DNA from: a virus
Taxonomy: Duplodnaviria; Heunggongvirae; Uroviricota; Caudoviricetes
Strand: one strand, 5' to 3'
DNA length: 63,513 nt
Virus record (IMG/VR): IMGVR_UViG_2585427777_000008
Coordinates: 1 to 63,513 of that record
A model generated the notes under the pieces. That model saw only the letters and a list, made by a program, of their open reading frames with translations. It searched no databases and was not told the DNA's origin. The position numbers were made by a program, and so were the translations under genes. Shown here piece after piece: positions 28,179 to 38,237 of this stretch. Each line of letters begins with the position of its first letter. The first letter of the stretch is position 1.

Positions 28179-28508
28179 ATGGGCTATAGCAGACTCGACG
28201 ATAGGTACATTGAAGACGATATTTTTCGTGCGCTGTTTCACCAGGAAATGATTAAGCGGGTATCGGAGTATCACTCTGATAATTTCCAGTACACGATAAA
28301 GATTGATGAAGTATATCGTTCAGACCTTGCAGCCTACAGGGCGTATGGCAATGCAGATTTGCGCTGGGTATTCCGGGTGCTGGTGGGCCATGAGTCAGAA
28401 ATGGAAGAAATGCCCGCCGGGACCACGTTAACTCTTCCTGATGTCGCATGGCTGAGGAACAAGATCCGTGATTACGCGAGCGCGGAACCGGAGATAGAAA
28501 ATGCCTGA
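28179..28508 (+). CDS. hypothetical protein
   Basis: 109-aa ORF; its stop overlaps the start of the next ORF. Confidence 0.5.
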   Translation: MGYSRLDDRYIEDDIFRALFHQEMIKRVSEYHSDNFQYTIKIDEVYRSDLAAYRAYGNADLRWVFRVLVGHESEMEEMPAGTTLTLPDVAWLRNKIRDYASAEPEIENA

Positions 28509-29697
28509 TTTCCTGAAAAACCAGGACGGGCGCTATATCACTGATGGCCTGTCCTCTAAGGACTTCACGCGTTTATTCGACCTTATCAGTAAAGAACAAA
28601 CCCGTAAGCGCCGACAAGCTCACCGGACGCTGACGCCCGGCAGACTGAGGAACAAATCCGCCGAAGATATTCTCAAGTTGGGGAAGAAGAAAGGCGGCAC
28701 GTTCTTTACGCGAGACGATCTGAAAGGCTTCGAAAAGCTACGGAGTAAAACGCGCGAAAAATATGACAGTAAGACGGCAGGCATCACATACGCCCAGCTG
28801 GTGGCATCCAGCCAGGCTATCGATATTAAGCGTGCAAATAACGCCGTGGATGACGGATCTGGTATCAAAAGAGCTACACCCGTATCTCTTCGCCACAATG
28901 TGATTAATATCCGCGTAGAAGCATCGGATATATCCGTCCACCAGCACCATATCGTCCGTATACGCTTTGAAGAATGGGATCAGATGGTCGATGACATCGC
29001 AGAAGACGATAAATCAGCTCTGAAAATCACTAAATCACTGTGCGCCGGGCGGGTGTCTTTCGATTGTGACTGTGGTCGTCATCAATACTGGTATCGTTAC
29101 ATCGCTACTGCGGGTAACTTTGCCTTGGCCCCGCCAAAAGAATACGCCTATCCAAAAGTTCGTAACCCTAAGCTACAAGGCGTCGCCTGTAAACACGTGA
29201 TCCACTCAATGACGCGGTTACAGTCCGCCAGTTGGCAAATGAGTATTGCTCGTGCGTTACAAAAGGCCGCAACGCAAATTGCATTTGGTGACGATCGCCG
29301 CCGTACAACTAAACACTTCTCAAAAGAAGACGAGAAGGAGTTTAATCGCAATCGTAGCAGTAAAACGAACGTTGAAGCCGCCAAACGCGAATGGAGGCTC
29401 TATCAGAAACGCCAGGCCGCTTTAAGCACAAAACTGGCAAAGGACAACGGGAAGATTGACAAGCTACGTGACCAGCTGACCAGGGCCAGAAAGTTGTCCG
29501 ATGCACAGAAAAAACGGGCAGCAGCAAAAGAAGCAGCCTTGCAACGTGAGAAACAGAAAAACAAGGAGCTTCAGCAACGCCTTGCCGATCAATTCGCACT
29601 GAAGAAGCAAGCGTTCATTGATGCACTGGTCATGGCAGGAACGTCACCTGAGCAAGCTGAAAAAATGTTTATGGAGTACGTGAAGAAAGGTTCTTGA
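28501..29697 (+). CDS. hypothetical protein with SWIM-like zinc-finger signature and basic coiled-coil C-terminus
   Basis: 398 aa; CxC...CxH pattern (FDCDCGRHQYW...GVACKHVIH) followed by a Lys/Arg/Gln/Glu-rich helical tail. Confidence 0.5.
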   Translation: MPDFLKNQDGRYITDGLSSKDFTRLFDLISKEQTRKRRQAHRTLTPGRLRNKSAEDILKLGKKKGGTFFTRDDLKGFEKLRSKTREKYDSKTAGITYAQLVASSQAIDIKRANNAVDDGSGIKRATPVSLRHNVINIRVEASDISVHQHHIVRIRFEEWDQMVDDIAEDDKSALKITKSLCAGRVSFDCDCGRHQYWYRYIATAGNFALAPPKEYAYPKVRNPKLQGVACKHVIHSMTRLQSASWQMSIARALQKAATQIAFGDDRRRTTKHFSKEDEKEFNRNRSSKTNVEAAKREWRLYQKRQAALSTKLAKDNGKIDKLRDQLTRARKLSDAQKKRAAAKEAALQREKQKNKELQQRLADQFALKKQAFIDALVMAGTSPEQAEKMFMEYVKKGS

Positions 29698-29731
29698 TTG
29701 ACAACAAAGGCGGTCATACAGACCGCCAAAC

Positions 29732-30091
29732 TCATACACCAACCAGGCTTTCAAGAGGAATGCCAAACTGGGAATGTAAACGACGAATCATAGGTAACGT
29801 TAAATTTCGTGTCCCATTTAGCACTTCGTAAACACGATTTGACTTACCAATCGCCGGTTCCAGATCCTTCACGGTCAGCCCTTGCTGTTCCATACGGAAT
29901 TTAATGGCTTCAATAGGTGATGGTGGCTCAATTGGGTAATGCTTTTTCTCGTACTCTTCAATGAGCAGGCACATTACTTCAAAGAAATCGCCTTCCGGTG
30001 TGTTCATTTCCGGTTCGTTATCGAACATCGGTTCGACCGCACGCAGTGCGGCCTCATAATCTTGTTCTGTACGGATAGGTTTAATGTTCAT
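29732..30091 (-). CDS. higA: HigA-like antitoxin (HTH)
   Basis: 119-aa ORF immediately downstream of the toxin, with a C-terminal HTH-like segment. Confidence 0.75.
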   Translation of the reverse strand: MNIKPIRTEQDYEAALRAVEPMFDNEPEMNTPEGDFFEVMCLLIEEYEKKHYPIEPPSPIEAIKFRMEQQGLTVKDLEPAIGKSNRVYEVLNGTRNLTLPMIRRLHSQFGIPLESLVGV

Positions 30092-30094
30092 GAT

Positions 30095-30397
30095 TTACTC
30101 CAGTTCTATTGTATCAGCTTCAATGGCATCGTATTCCTTATGTGTTCCAATAAACTTAACGAACATCCATCCTCGCTGATAAGCAATTGCGACAATTAAC
30201 CTGTAATCATTTCCCTTAATATTGAACACCACGCGCCTGTTTTTAAGGATGCTGGCTGTCCGGTACTGTTCTTTGATCTCAGCCGGATTTTTCCAGTCAG
30301 CCTTTGTTGCTTCATCAACCCATGCCTTTAATGGCTGTTCTGCATCGGGATTCTTCGCCCAGAAATCCCTTAGTGTTTTTACCGAAATTATTTTCAT
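30095..30397 (-). CDS. higB: HigB-like toxin (RelE/ParE superfamily)
   Basis: Start taken at MKIISVK with upstream AAGGA; C-terminal RVVFNIKGNDYRLIVAIAYQRGWMFVKFIGTHKEYD matches the HigB family pattern; toxin-first gene order typical of higBA. Confidence 0.8.
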   Translation of the reverse strand: MKIISVKTLRDFWAKNPDAEQPLKAWVDEATKADWKNPAEIKEQYRTASILKNRRVVFNIKGNDYRLIVAIAYQRGWMFVKFIGTHKEYDAIEADTIELE

Positions 30398-30426
30398 CAC
30401 AGATTCCTTCTCGCTGAAAGTATAGT

Positions 30427-30473
30427 AGTCCCAATATGGGACAATGTAAAGCACTTTAGTCCCATGCTGGGAT
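30427..30473. promoter_or_regulatory. two palindromic operator-like sites in the higBA promoter region
   Basis: AGTCCCAATATGGGAC and TCCCATGCTGGGA lie 30-75 bp upstream of the higB start. Confidence 0.5.
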
Positions 30474-30542
30474 ATGAATTGAAATCACAATCTCCAGACA
30501 ATGCACCCTCGATACCTGATAAATCGACCTTTGAGGATGCTT

Positions 30543-31334
30543 ATGGGCCGTTTTGACGAATGGTTTGCTGACGATGCAAACCTGGCAAGTAAGGAGTCAG
30601 AACATGACAGCACGCAGAGAGAAACGCCAGCGACGGTTGAAGCGGATGCAGGAGGCGCGCCGGAACATGGCAATACCGGTTCGGATTCATTCAGCATTCT
30701 GGAAGAGCAACCCGCCGCCAAAGCTGATAGCCATGATAATTTTGCTGATAGCAACGGTGGCCTTACTCCGGATGCTGGCGAATCAGATATAGCCATACTT
30801 CCATCTTCCCTGGCTGGCAGAGAACCGACTCCACAGTTAAAAGCACGCTATAACGGGCATAAAGCCTTTAACGACCAAATCCGCGCAGACTGGATGCTAA
30901 TTATTGAATCCAGCCCAGACGCGTTTCAGGCTCTCTTATATCGACCAGATGTTGGCACATATGGGGTAGTCAGCGACGAAACAGGAGAAGAGTCATTCAC
31001 CGAACTGGATAACAACCAACGCGAACTGACTTACCAGGAACCTGAAATCGTTTATGTGCTGGATAACCCTGACGGGCGTGACTCTTTCCATGCGATTGAC
31101 GCAGACGGTGAGCAGGATGGCTTAACCGATGATGTTCTGATTCTGCGTATTGCAGCAAATAACGTCCCCGTCGGATCAATTCTTGAATGGAATGAAGAGA
31201 TGGTAAACGGCGTAGCCCGCCGCTGGTGGTACGTGCACCGTATTTTTAGCTACGGCACACAGCATGTTGGTTCGCTTTACTACTGCATACCTGCCAGGAA
31301 TTTTGATACGACTCAAAACGGAGTGATCGAATGA
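30543..31334 (+). CDS. hypothetical protein, acidic N-terminal half (possible virion protein)
   Basis: Start taken at MGRFDEWF (RBS GAGGA) rather than the overlapping upstream ATG; first of four coupled ORFs ending in the spike gene. Confidence 0.5.
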   Translation: MGRFDEWFADDANLASKESEHDSTQRETPATVEADAGGAPEHGNTGSDSFSILEEQPAAKADSHDNFADSNGGLTPDAGESDIAILPSSLAGREPTPQLKARYNGHKAFNDQIRADWMLIIESSPDAFQALLYRPDVGTYGVVSDETGEESFTELDNNQRELTYQEPEIVYVLDNPDGRDSFHAIDADGEQDGLTDDVLILRIAANNVPVGSILEWNEEMVNGVARRWWYVHRIFSYGTQHVGSLYYCIPARNFDTTQNGVIE

Positions 31335-32098
31335 CTTCAAATAAAACCCTCCTGGCGCGAACAGGTGAATGGCAAACCTCACGCACAGGAAAATTCCAGA
31401 CCACGGGCTTTGAAAACGTGGATAACGCGTTTGCTACGCTAATCAGCAATATCTTTTCTGATATCTTACTGGTGGCCCCCGCGCCGGAAGAAAAACGCTT
31501 TGCGTCATTCCTGAATCGTCCACCAGCAGAGCGTGTCTATGTGGCCCGTTTCGACAATGCGATCGAGTTTCTTAAAGCAGTTCGTCGCGCAAATGCTGGG
31601 CAAGGAAGAAAACCGGAAAACCAGAACATTAATCGCGATGCCTTGCCGTTGATCAACATCTCCCGGTCTATGGATATCAGCTATATCAATGATGATCAGC
31701 AGATAGACCGCAGGCAAACTGCCAGTTTTTGCAACCCGGATACTGGAATGCCTTTAGCGACTCTGGAATACACCCAGGCTATCCTGACTTATGACGTTAC
31801 GTTAATGGCTACTGATAAAGCAACCATGAGTCTGATGTGTAATTCGCTGGGCGCGCGGCTCCGCCTGATGACCGGAACACAATTTGAGGCAAACACTAAC
31901 CTGGTGCGTGTTCCTGTTCCTCTGATTTGCTCCATTCAGGATGCTAAAGACGTTGGATTTACGGATGTTTCGGCACCAGTGGGAGAAGAGAGGATTTATG
32001 CTACTCAGGCACCTGTAAGCGTCATTGCGGATGTAATCACAGCCTGGGAATTGGACGCGAAACGCGTTGTTACTGAAACCTCGCTGGCTATGGGGTAA
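31331..32098 (+). CDS. hypothetical protein (probable baseplate/tail module member)
   Basis: 255-aa ORF coupled to neighbours. Confidence 0.45.
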   Translation: MTSNKTLLARTGEWQTSRTGKFQTTGFENVDNAFATLISNIFSDILLVAPAPEEKRFASFLNRPPAERVYVARFDNAIEFLKAVRRANAGQGRKPENQNINRDALPLINISRSMDISYINDDQQIDRRQTASFCNPDTGMPLATLEYTQAILTYDVTLMATDKATMSLMCNSLGARLRLMTGTQFEANTNLVRVPVPLICSIQDAKDVGFTDVSAPVGEERIYATQAPVSVIADVITAWELDAKRVVTETSLAMG

Positions 32099-32101
32099 TC
32101 A

Positions 32102-33082
32102 ATGTCCCAGGAGTTACAACAATACTTCCTCCAGTCAGTCACAATTAACGATAACAAAGTGCCACGAGACTGGATTTTTACCGCAGTGTACGTGGAAAAG
32201 AGCAGCCTTAAAGCGCCGTTATTGAAGCTGGAAATTCATGACATGACAGGCACCATAATTGATGACTGGAAAGCTAAATACGGTGCATCGCTGGTGGCTG
32301 AAATGGGCGATCCAAACGGTAATGCAGGCACTTTTAAAACAACTTTTTTTGTTACGTCAGCAATGTTGGCTGGGGATGTAGTTACCGTTATTGCGGTCAG
32401 TGAAGACGTGCATCGGTTTAAGATCCCCTCCCCTCGCACCAATCTACACACGAACAAAACGCCGGACACCATATTCAAGGCGTATAGCGGCAATCTTAAA
32501 ATTTCCAGCAGTGTCTTAAAGCGTGCGGTTACATATCACCTGAACGCAGGCGACAAACCGTCAAAAATGCTCTCGCAGATAGCGCGAGACAAAGGTGCAT
32601 TATGTTGGGTATGCCGGGGGGAATTTAACTTTTACACCCTGGCTGATCTGATGAAGCAAACGCCATCATTTACCTACGAGGGGAATAACCCTAAAGCAGA
32701 ATACACTTTGTCCAAAATGCGCCTACTCCAACAGGAACATGCGACAACAGCAAAGAATCAATATCGTTTTGTTGGGTATTCCATGACCGATGGCTACGTC
32801 GAATATGGCGATAGCTCACTCCCAGTGCGTTATATATCCGACTCTGATATGGAAACTCTTCGCAATATGCAGCTGTCTCTCGTCCCCAAAATGGATATAG
32901 AAGTCGCAGGCAATCCGGATATAAAACCGGGAATGGTAATAGAGATTATCGTATACCGCTATGACCAGGAAAACCGCATTGATGAATCAATGCCCCGCAA
33001 GCTGATAGTAAAAAATGTTGCGCACTTTGAAGACCGCGTAGGCTACACAACACGAATGATATTAGGAGTGCCGAACAAATGA
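32102..33082 (+). CDS. hypothetical protein (probable baseplate/tail module member)
   Basis: 326-aa ORF coupled to the downstream spike-like gene. Confidence 0.45.
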   Translation: MSQELQQYFLQSVTINDNKVPRDWIFTAVYVEKSSLKAPLLKLEIHDMTGTIIDDWKAKYGASLVAEMGDPNGNAGTFKTTFFVTSAMLAGDVVTVIAVSEDVHRFKIPSPRTNLHTNKTPDTIFKAYSGNLKISSSVLKRAVTYHLNAGDKPSKMLSQIARDKGALCWVCRGEFNFYTLADLMKQTPSFTYEGNNPKAEYTLSKMRLLQQEHATTAKNQYRFVGYSMTDGYVEYGDSSLPVRYISDSDMETLRNMQLSLVPKMDIEVAGNPDIKPGMVIEIIVYRYDQENRIDESMPRKLIVKNVAHFEDRVGYTTRMILGVPNK

Positions 33083-33732
33083 AGCGTAGAGCGCAAATTG
33101 TTGGAACTGTGCACCCGGCAGGGCTTATGCGTGCTCAGGTCCGTGTTTTACCAGACTGGAATGGCGTTCCTGATGACGATCTACCCTGGGCAGAATACCT
33201 GTTACCCATAGGTAACGCGTTTGTACCTACAGTAAAAGGCGACCTGGTATGGGTAGAGTTTCCTTATCTGGATGTTAATGGTCGAATTGATACCAGACGC
33301 CCAATGATAGTTGGCGCAGCTCAGGATGCGCCTGGCGGAGTACCAAACGTCGCGCCGGAGGCGTCAGGCAATGGTAGCGGCTGGACGCCACCAGAAGTAG
33401 ACGGAGCGCCTCCCCGCCCGCAATTTTCGGCGACAAAAGATTTCGTGATTCACCGCAACAATGTGCTCGAAGTGCGAACGGCTGGCGGTGGATATGAAAT
33501 AGCGAATACGGCAGCAGGCTCAAGGATTGGAATGAATGAATCAGGGCAGATATACATCATTGGTCCGGCTGATGTAGTAGTGAATGCGGGAGGGAGTGTT
33601 AACGTCAAATCAGCCGATAACATCAGCGTTAATGGCAAAAACATTACTGTGACAGCCGACGAAAATATTGATTTCAAGGCTGGAGGCACCTTCCAGGCTA
33701 TCGCAAGCAACTTTGATTTCAAGAAGGGATAG
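33079..33732 (+). CDS. baseplate central spike protein, gpV-like
   Basis: 217 aa; N-terminal OB-fold-like pattern (GTVHPAG...RAQVRV...GDLVWVEF) followed by a Gly-rich beta-helix-like tail. Confidence 0.5.
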   Translation: MKRRAQIVGTVHPAGLMRAQVRVLPDWNGVPDDDLPWAEYLLPIGNAFVPTVKGDLVWVEFPYLDVNGRIDTRRPMIVGAAQDAPGGVPNVAPEASGNGSGWTPPEVDGAPPRPQFSATKDFVIHRNNVLEVRTAGGGYEIANTAAGSRIGMNESGQIYIIGPADVVVNAGGSVNVKSADNISVNGKNITVTADENIDFKAGGTFQAIASNFDFKKG

Positions 33733-33746
33733 AAAACACATACAAT

Positions 33747-33780
33747 TGTGTTAGATAATTGAATAGAATTTTCTAACACA
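33747..33780. promoter_or_regulatory. operator-like perfect inverted repeat TGTGTTAGA-N16-TCTAACACA
   Basis: In the 59-bp gap upstream of rdgC. Confidence 0.45.
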
Positions 33781-33791
33781 ATTGGTGAAAC

Positions 33792-34697
33792 ATGAGATCA
33801 GTCGCTTTCAAAAACATCTTCATCTATCGTCTTTCACGTGAAGTTAACTGGAGTGCCGCAGAAGTATCCGATGCTCTTAGCAAATTCGTGTTTACTCCTT
33901 GCGGTTCTCAGGACACAGCTAAAGTCGGTTGGACACCTGTTCTTGGTGACAACCTCACCCATGAATACCAGGGTTTTCTGCTAATACAGCATAAGCGAGA
34001 AGAAAAAATTCTCCCCTCGCAGGTGCTCAAGGAAGAGTTGCAGAAAAAAGTCCTGAAACTCGAAGAAGAGCAAGCCCGCAAGCTGAAGAAAACGGAAAGA
34101 GACAGTCTTAAAGATGAAGTCCTGCATTCACTTTTGCCTCGCGCGTTCACGAGAAAATCACTCGCCAAAATCCTGATCGACCGCAGCAACCATCTGGTAT
34201 TCGTTGAGGCAAGCAGCGCCAAAAAGGCAGAGGACCAGCTGGCTTTATTGCGAAAGTCGCTCGGCAGCCTGCCTGTCATTCCATTCACACCACGCGAACC
34301 GCTGGAAATTACAATGACCGAGTGGTTTAAAAGCGGCTTCCCTGCCGGATTTACAGCAGGTGAAGACGCCACATTAAAGGGTCTGCTCGATAATGGTGGT
34401 GCCGTTCGCTGCAACAAAGTTGATCTACAGTCCGACGAGATTATGTCTCACATTGAGGCGGGGAAAGTAGCTACGACCGTTGCAATTAACTGGATGGACC
34501 GTGCGTCGTTCAGAGTCAACGATGATATGAGTATCAAAGCCCTGACATTCTGTGATGATCTCTATGACCAGAACGACGATATCGACCGGGAGGATGTAGC
34601 ACAACGATTTGATGCTGATTTCGTGCTCTTTACGGGCGAATTATCTGCACTGTTTAACGCGCTGGTGGAGGCCATTGGCGGTGAAGCAGAACGATAA
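33792..34697 (+). CDS. rdgC: recombination-associated protein RdgC
   Basis: 301 aa, colinear with enterobacterial RdgC along its whole length ([37 protein letters not shown]-terminal GGEA.R). Confidence 0.85.
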   Translation: MRSVAFKNIFIYRLSREVNWSAAEVSDALSKFVFTPCGSQDTAKVGWTPVLGDNLTHEYQGFLLIQHKREEKILPSQVLKEELQKKVLKLEEEQARKLKKTERDSLKDEVLHSLLPRAFTRKSLAKILIDRSNHLVFVEASSAKKAEDQLALLRKSLGSLPVIPFTPREPLEITMTEWFKSGFPAGFTAGEDATLKGLLDNGGAVRCNKVDLQSDEIMSHIEAGKVATTVAINWMDRASFRVNDDMSIKALTFCDDLYDQNDDIDREDVAQRFDADFVLFTGELSALFNALVEAIGGEAER

Positions 34698-35361
34698 TAA
34701 CCGACCGCTTGTTGTGAGTCTTTGTGATTTTACGGGGGCAATGGTTGCCCCCTGGCTGGAATACGGTGTCGATGCCGCTATCGTCGATCCACAGCACTTA
34801 TCGACCAGTGACGAGCGGATGCAATCAGGTGCCGTTCTGACGCGTATTAGTGCGATCATCGATAGCGATGAAGTATACGCTTTTCTCCGTAAGAATTTGC
34901 AGCGCATCGTGTTTCTGGCCGGGTTCCCACCGTGTACTGACCTGGCTGTTTCCGGCGCGCGCTGGTTTTCGGACAAGGCTAATAAAGATCCGGTTTTCCA
35001 GTTCAAAGCAATGCAGGTTGTCTGGCAGTGTTATGACATTGCAAAGATGATCGGTTGTCCGTACATGATTGAAAATCCGGTCAGCAAAATATCGACATTC
35101 TGGCGTAAGCCAGATCACATCTTTCACCCTTACTTCTTCACTGCATATTGTCAGGAAGATAACTACACCAAAAAAACATGCCTCTGGAGCGGCCAGGGCT
35201 TTGTCATGCCTGATGCCCTAATGGACGAATCATTAGGCAAGCCAGATAACAGAATCCATGCCGCGCCACCAGGGCCTGACAGGGCTAATTTCCGAAGTGC
35301 TACTCCACATGGATTCGCAAAGGCAGTTTTCGAAGCGAATAAGGGGGTGCTCTATGAGTAA
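34681..35361 (+). CDS. short C5-cytosine methyltransferase-like protein (atypical)
   Basis: Motif I-like [11 protein letters not shown], motif IV PPC ([12 protein letters not shown]) and ENV-like ENPVS, but only about 227 aa with no evident target-recognition domain. GTG start is uncertain. Confidence 0.45.
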   Translation: MKQNDNNRPLVVSLCDFTGAMVAPWLEYGVDAAIVDPQHLSTSDERMQSGAVLTRISAIIDSDEVYAFLRKNLQRIVFLAGFPPCTDLAVSGARWFSDKANKDPVFQFKAMQVVWQCYDIAKMIGCPYMIENPVSKISTFWRKPDHIFHPYFFTAYCQEDNYTKKTCLWSGQGFVMPDALMDESLGKPDNRIHAAPPGPDRANFRSATPHGFAKAVFEANKGVLYE

Positions 35362-36259
35362 ATCTATAGCAAGCATAGCCATAGAAAAACAGGATACGAT
35401 GGCTGAAATTAGCTATATGCGCACCATTCGGACTCCGGATGAATATGAGCGTCCGATATTCAAATGGGTAGGTGGTAAATTCTCAGAATTGCCTACAGTG
35501 CTTGAGCATCTACCACACGGTAAGCGGTTAATAGAACCATTCGTTGGTGGCGGTTCCGTATTTACGAATGCAGGATTTCGCCACAACCTGCTTAATGATA
35601 TTAACGGTGACCTGATTAACTTCTATCAGACATTGCAGCGAGAAGGACATTCGCTCGTCACGCTGTCATATAGTTTTTTCAAAAATTACAACAACGCTGA
35701 CGCTTACCTCGAAGTGCGTGAGGCATTTAACAGAGGAAAATATGACCAGCTACATCATGCTGCCGCATTTTTGTACCTTAATCGTCACTGTTTTAATGGC
35801 GTAACGCGGTACAACCAAAATGGCGAGTTCAACGTGGGGTATGGCAAATACAAAGCGCCCTACTTCCCACATGCAGAGATGGAGGCATTTTTGGCTGATG
35901 ACGTACTCAAAAACACTTCCTTTGTATCAGGAGACTTTGCTAGCGTCATCGAGGCGGCTGGTGAAGACGATGTGATTTTTTGTGATCCGCCGTATGAACC
36001 GCTTCCGGATACAGAGGGATTTACCAGCTATTCAGGAAATAGCTTCCGTTTCGATGAACAAAAACGGCTTGTATCACTGTTGGTGGATGCCCACCAGCGC
36101 GGCGCTAAGGTAGTGATAACAAATAGTGGTGCTCCAAACATCCGTGAGCTATATGAAGGAAACGGGTTTAAAGTACATCATATGGCAGCCAGACGGTCGG
36201 TTTCCTGCAAGGCGTCAACACGTGTAGTTGCTAACGATATAATTGCAATAATGAAGTAA
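35354..36259 (+). CDS. dam: DNA adenine methyltransferase (Dam-like)
   Basis: Start at MSKSIAS (RBS AAGGGGG). Motif I region KWVGGK...EPFVGGGSV and catalytic DPPY. Confidence 0.85.
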   Translation: MSKSIASIAIEKQDTMAEISYMRTIRTPDEYERPIFKWVGGKFSELPTVLEHLPHGKRLIEPFVGGGSVFTNAGFRHNLLNDINGDLINFYQTLQREGHSLVTLSYSFFKNYNNADAYLEVREAFNRGKYDQLHHAAAFLYLNRHCFNGVTRYNQNGEFNVGYGKYKAPYFPHAEMEAFLADDVLKNTSFVSGDFASVIEAAGEDDVIFCDPPYEPLPDTEGFTSYSGNSFRFDEQKRLVSLLVDAHQRGAKVVITNSGAPNIRELYEGNGFKVHHMAARRSVSCKASTRVVANDIIAIMK

Positions 36260-36307
36260 AAAACGCCGCAGTAGCGGCGTTTACTTTTTCATGTGGCGAA
36301 ATACCTA

Positions 36308-37969
36308 TTAACCTAACTTCGCCCAGGTATCACGCAGCCCAACGGTGCGGTTAAATACCGGTTTTTCCGCCGTAGAATGGCGGCTGTCGAGGCAGAAATA
36401 ACCTTCACGCTCAAACTGGAATGCTTTACCCGCTACCGCTTCTTTCAGCGACGGTTCAGCAAAGCCTTGTTTGATCACCAGCGATTCCGGGTTAATCACC
36501 GACAGGAAATCATCCGCAGCACCTGGGTTCGGCACGTTGAACAGACGATCGTACAGGCGGATTTCAACCGGCAGCGCATGTGCCGCGCTCACCCAGTGAA
36601 TAACGCCTTTCACTTTACGACCATCTGCCGGATCTTTGCTTAAGGTGTCGGCGTCATAAGTACAGAAGATGGTGGTGATATTACCTTCGGCATCTTTCTC
36701 CACGCGTTCAGCCTTAATGACGTAAGCATTACGCAGACGCACTTCTTTACCCAGCACCAGACGTTTGTACTGCTTGTTAGCTTCTTCTCGGAAATCGGCG
36801 CGGTCGATCCAAATCTCACCGCTAAACGGCACCTGACGGCTACCCATTTCCGGTTTGTTTGGATGGTTCGGCATGGTGACCATTTCGCCTTCGCCCTGGT
36901 AGTTTTCGATAACCAGTTTCACCGGATCGATAACCGCCATTGCGCGCGGGGCATTTTCGTTGAGATCTTCACGGATGCAGGATTCCAGCGACGCCATCTC
37001 AATGGTGTTGTCCTGCTTGGTCACGCCGATGCGTTTGCAGAACTCACGAATAGAAGCCGCAGTGTAACCACGACGACGCAGACCGGAAATGGTCGGCATA
37101 CGCGGGTCATCCCAGCCTTCAACGTGCTTGTCGGTCACCAGCAGGTTCAGCTTACGCTTGGACATCACAGTGTATTCCAGATTCAGGCGCGAGAATTCGT
37201 ACTGGCGCGGGTGAACAGGAATGGTGATGTTGTCCAGCACCCAGTCGTACAGGCGACGGTTGTCCTGGAACTCAAGCGTACACAGAGAGTGCGTAATACC
37301 TTCCAGCGCATCGCTGATGCAGTGGGTGAAGTCGTACATCGGGTAGATGCACCACTTGTTGCCAGTCTGGTGGTGTTCAGCAAACTTAATGCGGTACAGC
37401 ACCGGATCGCGCATCACGATAAACGGCGACGCCATGTCGATTTTCGCACGCAGGCAGGCTTTACCTTCTTCAAAACCACCGGCACGCATTTTTTCGAACA
37501 GCGCCAGGTTCTCTTCAACGCTGCGATCGCGGTACGGGCTGTTTTTACCCGGCTGCGTCAGGGTGCCGCGGTATTCGCGGATCTGTTCCGGCGTCAGTTC
37601 GTCAACATACGCCAGGCCTTTGTTGATCAGTTCAACAGCATAGGCGTGGAGCTGATCAAAATAATCGGAGGAGTAACGGATGTTGCCAGACCAGTGAAAA
37701 CCTAACCATTCAACGTCGTTTTTAATCGACTCGACGTACTCGATATCTTCTTTTACCGGGTTAGTGTCGTCGAAACGCAGGTTGCACTGGCCTTTATAGT
37801 CCTGGGCGATCCCGAAGTTCAGGCAGATAGATTTCGCATGACCAATATGCAGATAGCCATTTGGTTCCGGCGGGAAACGGGTATGTACTGTGGTGTGCTT
37901 ACCACTGGCCAGATCTTCATCGATGATCTGACGAATGAAGTTAGTCGGGCGGGCTTCTGCCTCACTCAT
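36308..37969 (-). CDS. glnS: glutaminyl-tRNA synthetase
   Basis: 553 aa, full length, with class I signatures HIGH ([12 protein letters not shown]) and VMSKR; colinear with enterobacterial GlnS throughout. Confidence 0.9.
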   Translation of the reverse strand: MSEAEARPTNFIRQIIDEDLASGKHTTVHTRFPPEPNGYLHIGHAKSICLNFGIAQDYKGQCNLRFDDTNPVKEDIEYVESIKNDVEWLGFHWSGNIRYSSDYFDQLHAYAVELINKGLAYVDELTPEQIREYRGTLTQPGKNSPYRDRSVEENLALFEKMRAGGFEEGKACLRAKIDMASPFIVMRDPVLYRIKFAEHHQTGNKWCIYPMYDFTHCISDALEGITHSLCTLEFQDNRRLYDWVLDNITIPVHPRQYEFSRLNLEYTVMSKRKLNLLVTDKHVEGWDDPRMPTISGLRRRGYTAASIREFCKRIGVTKQDNTIEMASLESCIREDLNENAPRAMAVIDPVKLVIENYQGEGEMVTMPNHPNKPEMGSRQVPFSGEIWIDRADFREEANKQYKRLVLGKEVRLRNAYVIKAERVEKDAEGNITTIFCTYDADTLSKDPADGRKVKGVIHWVSAAHALPVEIRLYDRLFNVPNPGAADDFLSVINPESLVIKQGFAEPSLKEAVAGKAFQFEREGYFCLDSRHSTAEKPVFNRTVGLRDTWAKLG

Positions 37970-38237
37970 TGTGGATTCCTCAAAGCGTAAACAACGTATA
38001 ACAGCGTATGATCTTATAAGCCGAATAGGCTGACAACCACTAGTTGATTAGAAATTGCTTTCTATCGTTATTTCAATAATGAGCTTTTTCATGAAGCCCA
38101 CTTTTGCGCATAAGTAAATTAATGACAAATGGTACACAATTGATACCAAAAAGGATGTAAAAGTGCACCAAATTAGTGGTGTATTGGTGCACCTTTGGTT
38201 CAAAACTTTTTAAGTTCTAAAACCAACCTGAAAGACT

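Noticed and set aside
36377-37705. Plus-strand ORFs (36377..36643, 36863..37705, 37347..37643) overlapping glnS
   Set aside because: Antisense to a full-length, motif-bearing synthetase gene; translations are Arg/His-rich with no protein-like pattern.
36308-37969. glnS as evidence that the window is chromosomal
   Set aside because: It is flanked on one side by rdgC and the methyltransferase genes and on the other by two plasmid partition systems, with phage structural and replication genes beyond; no other housekeeping genes are present.
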